DNA of 64,000 nucleotides from Octopus vulgaris (lineage: Eukaryota): assembly GCA_951406725.2 (NCBI GenBank), contig OX597820.1:79980001-80044000 (forward strand), written 5' to 3'. Below are positions 53,386-64,000 of this stretch, one piece after another (the first letter of the stretch is position 1; every line of letters begins with the position of its first letter). The notes under the pieces are model-generated. The model was not told where the DNA came from and ran no database searches. It saw only the letters and a program-made list of their open reading frames with translations. Position numbers and translations under genes: made by a program.

Positions 53386-54121
53386 TACTTTCGTTATGTT
53401 GACATCCAGCAAAAGTACAAAATTTATCATTTATTACAATCTTTTTTAAATATTCGAAGTTCTTTTTGAATGAAGATTACATTTCTATTCAATACCTGTC
53501 GAGGTTTTCCGATTCTATGACAAAAGATGATCTGACAAATAAAACATCATAAGAATGGCTTCGCATTTTATAGAACTTTCTTTTGATTATTGTTGGATTT
53601 AAAATGAAAGTTAGATTCTTCCCGTGTTGTATGAAGTACAGAGAAGCGAAGAGAGATAACTTTCTAAGCTTAGCTGGAAGCGATTAACAGCACTTAAGAT
53701 TCATTCATAGGATTGGTTTACATAACCTGGCGACGCTTTGCTTGCTAAAATTGAAATCTGCATCTGTTGTTCGGTAGAAATATTCCCTTACGTAGACAGG
53801 TCTCGGCCAAAAATAGCGAACGACTGTTGTTTCTAATCCCTGATTTGAAATGAAGTCCAACATTTTCTGTCACTAACGTAGCATGCGAGTAACTTTTTCC
53901 GACCGTTTTCTATCTTTTTCTATTTTGAGGATTAGGAAACCAGCGCATAGATATCTCTGTGAGTGTGTATGTGAGTGCATGCGCGCGTGCGTATAATATA
54001 ATAATATATGTATACACACACACACACATATATATATGTATATATATATACGTACATATACATACGTACATATATATTATATATATATATATTTATATAT
54101 ATGTATATATATATGTATATG

Positions 54122-54175
<54 letters not shown>

Positions 54176-54230
54176 AGTATATATATATACATATATCTAT
54201 ACATATATATCTATATATATATGTGTGTGT

Positions 54231-54268
<38 letters not shown>

Positions 54269-54337
54269 CATATTTATATATATACATATTTATATATATA
54301 CATATATATGTTCATATATGCATACAAGCATATATAT

Positions 54338-54580
54338 GGATTTGGTAGATGGAAACTGCTTGGAATCCCGCCGTATATGTGTGTGCGTTTGTGTGTGTGT
54401 GTGTGTGTGTGTCCCATCTCTTGACAACGCCTTGTAACGTCCCCATAACATAGCGTTTCGGCAAAGAGAAACCGACAGAATAAGTATCAGCCTTAAAAAA
54501 AAGTAAGTGCTGGGGTTCGATGCAATGCACCAGTATGGCCGCAGTCCAACGACTGAAACAAGTAAAAAATAAAAGAGAAA
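54338..54580 (+). mobile_element. SINE S2, 5'-truncated
   Basis: ggatttggtagatggaaactg...gactgaaacaagtaaaa. Confidence 0.8.
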
Positions 54581-55265
54581 GTACTGCCGTTATTGACATG
54601 TATATCATGCATCTAACATGTATGTTTTTCACATGTAGCAGGAGAACACGAACACCTTGCACAAAAAACTAGAGCAGCAACAAACGATTCGAATTACAGG
54701 AAGAAGAAGTCAAAAAATAAAACATTTGCAGAAGCTCGAGGCCTTAGGAATAGGAAGTTGAACTTAAAGCGTACTTTACGTGCAATAACCTACATCAATA
54801 ATGCAGCTATGCAATTAAATCTCAAGTCGTTATATCACTGCCGAACAAATCCACTGATTAAAATGCGAATAATAATTGCTTCACTTGAGGAATCACATTT
54901 AATATTCCACTTGTTCGTATTCTAAGAATTTCTTCAAAATTAACAAACGCCCAATAAGTAGAATATAACCGAGGGTACATAGGATATGACACTTCATTGT
55001 GTATATATTATAAATTAGAGGTAGGTATGCTCTGTATACGATACACTTCGTAGTGCTCAAGAGATTTAAAGCTGAGTAGGTTGCGGAGTAAATACAAGGA
55101 AATTTTAGTATTAAATGTATTTAACATGTTTGGTACATCAACTTTGCCTAAGTTGCTTGTCCTTACATTATCATGGCGGCATATATATCTGTATATATAT
55201 GCAGCCATGATTGACCGCTAGCTCCAAAAGTCTTTTTCTTTTGTTCGCTCTTTGTTTATTTTCTC

Positions 55266-55397
55266 GTGTTCCTTTCTGTTGAAGAGCATAGGCTTGAAAC
55301 ATAAAATACTTTCTCACCCTCCTGAGCGTTAAACTAATGCACCTGTTTGTTATTTATACACCTGTCTTCGTCTTTTGTTTTTCTGCAAATTTTAACT
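55266..55397 (+). mobile_element. Short HHR-bearing element, family B (HHR at 55272-55307)
   Basis: ttt-CTGTTGA-a-GAGC atag GCTT-GAAA-ca-TA-aaa; homolog of 24445-24577. Confidence 0.7.
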
Positions 55398-55492
55398 ATA
55401 TATATATGTATATATATATACACCAGGCTTATAATAAAAAATACAGAGGACGTTTAGTTCCACTAAAACTTTCTTTGATATATATATATATA

Positions 55493-56172
55493 TTTAAATT
55501 TAAAATGAGAGTGAGAAATTAGATATTAATTTAATTAACATCGATTTCACACCAGTGGTCTAGCATATAAAAAAAAACTGAAGGTTCAGTAAAATTGTAT
55601 TATATACATGTTGGAGGGAAACCACTATGTGGATACCTTTATGCTAGAAATAGATCCGCTATGGTCTAACCACTAAGAAATGTTCTCAAGAAAAATTTAG
55701 TAAAACAACCAAAGCGTAATCGAGCAAGACAAAAGAAAAAGCAATAAAATTATGGATTATTCGTATACATGTTTCACTATCAGCATATTACGTAATTTTA
55801 CTTACATAAATGTCCGTAGATCATCGGTGCGACCGTCCAGATGAATATAATTTGCAGGACTGCATACTAGGACATCCGCACGAAGTCAGATCTGTAAACA
55901 GTTCTACCCGGTACACTCGTGGTTACTATTTCAAATGTCCTCGTTTTGGCGCGCTAAATTACGAGGACATCTTCATCTCCAGTCTTGTATGTGTGTTTGG
56001 CAAGGATGGTTGCTATTTTTAGAAATAGGGTGAGAGGTTGATGGGTGGGGGAAAACATTCACATGATCTGATTTCGAACAGTTTGTGGAATTAAAAGAAT
56101 TTGTTTTTGTTTCTGAGCTAGTTTGTCATGGTTCGGTGGGTTTTGGACTGGATTTAGAGTTCAAGATGGTGT
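55493..56172 (-). mobile_element. Decayed Penelope-like 3' end: ORF tail plus degenerate HHR (family F, 55918-55982)
   Basis: Reverse complement reads TILNSK...RNKNKFF (cf. PLE tail LN.R.E....CRH.NKF.L), then ATGAAGA-TGTCCTCGT..ACGAGGACA-ttt-GAAA-tag-TA. Confidence 0.45.
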
Positions 56173-57033
56173 GAATGTGTGTGTGTGTGTGTGGGTGTGT
56201 TTGCGTGCGTGCGTATACAGTTCTATGTGTCTGTATATATATATGTGCTTGCACGAATGTGTGTATGGGTTCTTTGAGTGGTCTTAGAGTTCAGTGTGAT
56301 GTGTGTTTGTGTATGGGTCCGTGTATGTGTGTGTTTTATATTTAGCAGGGTGGTGTTTGTATGTGTGCACGTTTGTGCGTGTGTATGTGTGTGCATGTCT
56401 ATGTGTGTGCATGTCTATGTGTGTGATTTGTATTTGTCAGGGTGGTGTGTGCGTGCGCGTGTGTGTGTGTGTATGTGTTTGATCATGTGTATTATATGTA
56501 CGTCTGTGTGTGCGCGGGTTTATGTGTTTTGTGTTGGTCAGGGTGGTGTGCGCGTGTAGGTGAGTATATGTGTGTGTGTGTCTCTCTGTGTATGTTTGTT
56601 GTGTTACAATTGTCCGGGTGGTCTGTGTGTCTGTGTGTGTGTGCATACGTATGTGTGTGGGAGATGCATATGTGTGTGAATGTGTATGAGTGTGTATGCT
56701 GTATTTGTCAGATGCTCTGTGTGTGTCCGTACGTTTTATGTTTATGTACTTTTCGGGGGTCTGTGCATCTGCATGTGTGTGTGCTACATTTATAGTGGCG
56801 ACGTGTGTGTGTGTGTGTACGTGTGCAATCGTGTGTATGTGTGTTATTTTTCTATGGTGTACTCTCTTTTACTCGTTTACTTGTTTTAGTCATTTGACTG
56901 TGGCCATGCTGGAGCACCGCCTTTAGTCGAGCAAATCGACCCTAGGACTTATTCTTTGTAAGCCTAGTACTTATTCTATCGGTCCCTTTTGCCGAACCGC
57001 CTTTTGGGTCTTCTGGATACCAACGCCTCTCAT

Positions 57034-57065
<32 letters not shown>

Positions 57066-57577
57066 CACACATACACATACAGGTACGCACACACACATAC
57101 ACATGCACAGAAACATGTATGTAAATGTGTGTGTATGTGTGTATGTATATAGGGCAACAGCACTAAGCTGTGATGTACATAAATACAAACTTGTTACCAG
57201 TTCAAAGATGCTGGAAGTTTATTTGAACCCACAAAAGAAAAAAAAATAATTGTCTTTTCTCTGACAAATTACAGAGAATGGTTTTTCTTACAACTTGGAA
57301 TGAACCCAAAGCATATTTGTACTGCCAACAATACTACCAACAAGGCAATTTTTTTATGTATATATGTGTAGATTTGTATGTTTTGTTTTATGTATGTCTT
57401 GACATGCTCATATATATTAAATTATGATAAAAATCTGGAAAGTTTCACAGATTTTTAGGTTGTGCTGAGTCCAACATGGCGAGATGACTGGAAAAAAGAG
57501 AGGCTTGATGAAAAGTTGATAATGATAATAATAACAACAAAAACAACAACAACAACAATAATAATAATATTAATGAA

Positions 57578-58797
<1,220 letters not shown>

Positions 58798-58820
58798 TGA
58801 TGATGATAATAATAATAATG

Positions 58821-58896
<76 letters not shown>

Positions 58897-58897
<1 letters not shown>

Positions 58898-60077
58898 CTG
58901 ACATAGAAAGACTATATATACAACGTATAGAAGGTGGTAGAGGCCTTATACAGCTGGAAAACTACTATAAAATAACCATCATAGGACTGCAAAAATACCT
59001 ACTTCAGAAGGAAGGAAAACTGATCCAGATAGCAGCAAAACACGAGCAAAACAAAAAACTGTTCTCAGTATTTAAGGAAGCTGACAAATACAAACAAGAA
59101 ATCATACCACCTAATAAACACAAAAAGAAGAAGAAGATGATGAAGAAACAACAAAAGCTATAAAACAAATGAAATCCAAACTAAAAATAGAACAGCAACG
59201 AGCCATGATAAAACGATGGCAAGAAAAACCCCTTCATGGTAAATACTGCACTAAACTAAACGCAAAAGAAATAGACAAAGAAAAATCCCAGCAATGGTTG
59301 AGAAGCTCAGGACTCAAAGCAGAAACAGAGGGATTTTTAATTGCAGCACAAGACCAAAGCTTCCCCACCAGAAATTACCAAAAACATGTAATGAAAAGAA
59401 ATATTACAAGTAACTGCAGAATATGTGGAGATGGACAAGAAACAATAAATCATATTATCTCTAGCTGCCCAGTCCTGGCTAAGAAGGAATATATTCACAG
59501 ACATGACAGAGTTGGAACCTACATACATTGGAAGCTATGCCAACATTATGGAATAACAACAGAAAAAAGATGGTATAGGCACACACCAGAAAAGGTCACA
59601 GAAAACGAGAAAGCAACCATACTCTGGGATATGCCGATACACACAGATAGAGAAATTAAGGCCAACAGACCAGATATAGTTGTCAGAGATCATGAAGAAA
59701 AAAATGCTTTCTAATTGATGTATCAATACCGGCAGATGACAACGTGTCTCTAAAAGAAATGGAGAAACTCTCAAAATACAAAGACCTGGAAATAGAGGTA
59801 ACTAGAATGTGGAACCTGAAAACAGAAACAATTCCTATCATGCATTAGGCATGATAAAAAAATATTCAGACAAATACATAACAAAAACACCAGGACTTAC
59901 AAACACATATAACATACAGAAAATTGCACTACTAGTTACTGCACACATCCTACGCAGAACACTTTCCATACAATAACCATCAGAGCATATACAACAAATC
60001 ACAGCACATACCCAAGGCACACAGAGCTGCGCTCGGTAGTGAAGTGAAAGCACGCTATAAAAATAAAACTACTGAAT
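58897..60077 (+). mobile_element. R4/Dong-like LINE 3' 1.2 kb (post-RT, CCHC, RLE, 3'UTR), frameshifted
   Basis: SDIERLYIQRIEGGRGL; WQEKPLHG; LKAETEGFLIAAQDQ; CRICGDGQETINHIISSC; RHD; RPDIV; LIDVSIP; KLSKYKDL. Confidence 0.96.
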
Positions 60078-60093
60078 AATAATAATAATAATG

Positions 60094-60170
<77 letters not shown>

Positions 60171-60214
60171 TAATAATAATAGTAATGATAATAATAACAA
60201 CAATAATAATAATA

Positions 60215-60516
60215 GGTTGAAAAAATCACCATGTACTCCGAATTGAAAGTGGGAATGGCAAGACTGTATCGAATGCGAGAGGGTAATGTAAATGTGATAC
60301 CAGTGGTGATCGGAGTGTTGGGCTCATTCACATTAAAACTTCAATACTTCTTAAGGCAAATGGAAATTCCACGTAAGATTGATTTCTTGCAAAAAGGAGC
60401 CTTATTGGGCACAGCGTACATCTAAAGGAAAGTTTTATCTGTCTTCTAAGGTCATTGTTGTGACTTGACGACGACTAAAGACTCCGATGCATGTTTACCT
60501 ACACCGTGTTAAGAAG

Positions 60517-60517
<1 letters not shown>
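60215..60517 (+). mobile_element. RLE-type LINE extreme 3' fragment (different subfamily)
   Basis: EKITMYSELK...VIPVVIGVLG...LQKGALLGTAYI; (TAA)n flanks. Confidence 0.85.
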
Positions 60518-60574
<57 letters not shown>

Positions 60575-61357
60575 GGTAACAGTGACCCCAACGGGCTAAG
60601 GTGCGCAAAGGTGTATGTGAGAATGCTTTGTGTGGATATGTATGTATAAATGGGAGTGAGTGAGTATGTATTTGTGGGCGAGTGTGAGTGTGTGTGTGTC
60701 TGTGTGTGTGCGTATGGACGGGTATATATGTGTGGGACTAACGTGTGTGTGTTGTTTGTAGCAATTGATGCGTGCTTCCTCAGGTCGTGTGTGCACGTGT
60801 GTATGTGTGTGTGTCTCTGTGACCAAATAGTGTGCATGTGTATAGTATATGCTTGTGGGCGAAATTTGCGTGTGTTTGCATATTGTTTGTGTTCAGGTGT
60901 TATGTGTTTGTGTGCGTGTGGGAGTGTGCATGGTGGTGTGTGGTGTGTGTACTGAGTTAAACAGTGTGTGTATCTGTTTGTATAGTGGTATGTGTGGTAA
61001 CACTATTAAAGATTGTGTGTGGGTGTGTGGATAATGGTGTGTGGTGTGGGTACTAAGAAGTGTTCTATGATAGTATGTGTGTAGAGTGGGAAGGTGTCTG
61101 GAGGGGTGTGTGTAATTATGTGTGAAGTGAGTAATGAGTTGAGTAGTGTATATGGGTGTTTGTGTAGTGGTTTGTGTGTGTGAGGGTACAGAGATAGGCG
61201 CTATGTAGGTGTATAGGTGGAGGGGTGGCAGTTGAATGTGGGATTTGTGTGGGAATCCGTGTGGAGTTGGTATCAGATAAAGAGAGGTAGTGAGTTGAGC
61301 CGATATGATGCAAAAGGAGCGAAGATATATATATATATACACATATATATATAGTGT

Positions 61358-61523
61358 AGAAGTGGCTGTGTGGTAAGATGCTTGCTTATGAACCATATGG
61401 TTCCGGGTTCAGTCCCACTGCGTGGCACCTTGGGAAAGTGTCTTCCTCTATAGCCTCGGGCCGACCAAAGCCTTGTGAGTGGAGTTGGTAGACGGAAACT
61501 AAAAGAAGCCCGTCGTATATATG

Positions 61524-61554
<31 letters not shown>

Positions 61555-61748
61555 ATATATGTTTGCGTGTCTGTTTTTGTACCCCCAACATCACTTGACA
61601 ACCGATGCTGGTGTGTTTACGTCCCCGTAATTTAGCGGTTAAACAAAAGTGACTGATGGAATAAGTCCTGGGATCGATTTGCTCGACTAAAGGTGGTGCT
61701 CCAGCATGGCCACAGTCAAATGACTGAAACAAGTAAAAGAGTAAAAGA

Positions 61749-61750
<2 letters not shown>
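61358..61750 (+). mobile_element. SINE S2
   Basis: Full S2 motif set. Confidence 0.93.
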
Positions 61751-61786
<36 letters not shown>

Positions 61787-61899
61787 CTACAGTTTTTTGT
61801 GATGTTTTTGCAGCTTTAATAATAAAGTATATTATTCTACCTCTGGTATTTGAGTTAAATCTTTGCCACCTTGATTCACATTTATGTGCTTACTCTGGT

Positions 61900-62325
61900 A
61901 TACTCTTTTACTCTTTTACTCTTTTACTTGTTTCAGTCATTTTGACTGCGGCCATGCAGGAGCACCGCCTTTAATCAAGCAACTCGACCCCGGGACTTAT
62001 TCTTTGTAAGCCCAGTCCTTATTCAATCGGTCTCTTTTGCCAAACCGCTAAGTGACGGGGACAGAAACACACCAGCATCGGTTGTCAAGCAATGCTAGAG
62101 GGACAAATACAGACACAAACATACACGCACACACACACACACATATAAATATACATACATACGACGGGCTTCTTTCAGTTTCCGTCTACCAAATCCACTC
62201 ACAAGGCTTTGGTCGGCCCGAGGCTATAGTAGAACACACTTGCCCAAGGTGCCACGCAGTGGGACTGAACCCGGAACCATGTGGTCGGTAAGCAAGCTAC
62301 TTACCACACAGCCACTCCTGCGCCT
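61900..62325 (-). mobile_element. SINE S2, full length
   Basis: Reverse complement begins ggcgcaggagtggctgtgtggtaag. Confidence 0.95.
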
Positions 62326-62326
62326 A

Positions 62327-62364
<38 letters not shown>

Positions 62365-62438
62365 CTGTGTGTGTGTGTGACAGAGGGAGAAAGAGAGAGT
62401 AAAATACAGACAGGACAGAGTGACAGAGACAAAAGACT

Positions 62439-62475
<37 letters not shown>

Positions 62476-63036
62476 GTATTTATCAAGAGATACGCATGCA
62501 TACACACAAACACATGCACATTAATAAGAATAGATACTAGTTTCATCTCTCTGCTTATAGAAAGATAAAACTTGATGTGTAACCGTGTTGTTTACTTTTC
62601 ACAGCAAAGAGAAATTGTGTGTTTATTTATAAAAGCATAACTTACTTAAAACACGCGCGCAAGATTTGAAGAAAATGTATCTTTTATGTACCTTCTAGAT
62701 TTATTCTGAGATTGTATATCATTGCTAATATCATATTGTTAATGTGTTTAAAATGTTAAAATATTTTGATGTACATTTTCTTAGTTTTAAGAAACTATTA
62801 CAACCAAACTTTTGGGGTAATAGCAGTGTACTTCAAGTGGGATTTGGTGTAAGACATTCTATGAATAAACAAGGCAGTGCACATCAGTTTAAATAGTAGT
62901 TGTACCGTTTAACGCTCTCAGTCATAGAATAATTGTATTTTTGCACTTTATTAAGCCCTTTCCTGCGCCATATTTTCTTTTGAGCCAGTGGTCAAAGTTT
63001 GTTACAAATTATGTTTTATAACTTAACAATACAAGG

Positions 63037-63390
63037 GTGCAGGTGTGGTGTGTGGTAAGAAGTTTGCTTCCCAACCACATGGTTCCAGGATCCAGCTCCA
63101 CTGCGTGGCACCTGAGGCAGGTGCCTTCTGCTATAGCTTTGGGTCGACTAGAGCCTTGTGAGTGGATTTGATTGACGGGAACTGAAAGACGCCCGTCTTA
63201 TATGTAAGTGTGAGTGGTATGTGTATGTATTTGTGTTTGTGTCCCCCCCGTCACCACACTTAACAACCGGTGTCACTTTGTTTATGTCCCTGTAACTTAA
63301 CGTAGCGGTTCCGCAAAGGGGTTCGATGGAATAAGCATCAGATTTTAAAAATGAGTACCAGAGTCGATTCATTCGACTAAAAATTCTAAG
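63037..63390 (+). mobile_element. SINE S2, diverged
   Basis: gtgcaggtgtggtgtgtggtaagaagtttgcttcccaaccacatggttcc head. Confidence 0.85.
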
Positions 63391-64000
63391 GGCTGAAAGA
63401 AAAAAAAGATAAAAGACATTTATTGTACAATTGACAGAGATTATTTACATAAGATTATTTAATGCGATTAGGGATGATTTTAAGGAATGTCGGCCGAAAA
63501 TAAATCACAAACAGTAATCATTCTGGAAACGAGGCTCCTAAAATTAATTCGTTAGAGGCAAATTGACAGAATCATCAGAGCATAGGATAAAATGCTTTGC
63601 AACAGCCGTCCCTTCTCTCTGCGATCTGAGTTCAGTTCCGCTGAAGTCACTTTTATGATTTATCATGTCACCATCGACAAAAACGAATGGTAGTGAATTC
63701 GAGGCGTTGGAGTACCAGAATATTTTTTGTACTTGAATATCTCTTATAAGTATATGAAATTATTGCGTATTTGTGAGGTGTAAGGAGTTTAGCTGGTATG
63801 TCTCTATTGGAGTGCATCTTGAGGTCTGTATTAGTGAGAGATTGACAAGAAATGTCTACGTTTCTTGTCGATGACGTCTGTGTGATGATAGTTGGTAGCG
63901 GGGGGAGGAAAATGAAGAGAGATACACTTCTGAATAGGAGTGAACTTTGCTAGCAATAGCATTAAGGAAGGGGAGAGAGACGTAACGAGATAATGCGATA

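Overview
This is AT-rich animal genomic DNA, almost entirely intronic or intergenic. The microsatellite load and the SINE types suggest an octopus or other coleoid cephalopod (inference). No intact gene is present. Most ORFs in the track are translations of (TA)n, (TAA)n, (TACA)n, (TATC)n and (CA)n repeats. The identifiable content is: three abundant tRNA-derived SINE families; many 5'-truncated fragments of RLE-type (R4/Dong-like) LINEs stacked in (TAA)n tracts with a ~560-bp non-coding partner element; RTE and CR1-like LINE remnants; mariner remnants; two non-autonomous Helitrons; one candidate exon; and one candidate CArG/AP-1/TATA promoter. The main signal absent from the ORF track is about 13 type-I hammerhead ribozyme (HHR) motifs, read by eye on both strands, in about 7 sequence-unrelated families. 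They sit in short non-coding elements that mostly lie in or next to microsatellites and often form fold-back inverted repeats or circularly permuted direct repeats. This resembles Penelope pseudo-LTR or retrozyme-like architecture. Four motifs have intact cores, and one family swaps one palindromic loop III for another. One family carries HHRs in its terminal inverted arms around a tRNA-like core. Coordinates were counted by hand, and repeat boundaries are approximate.
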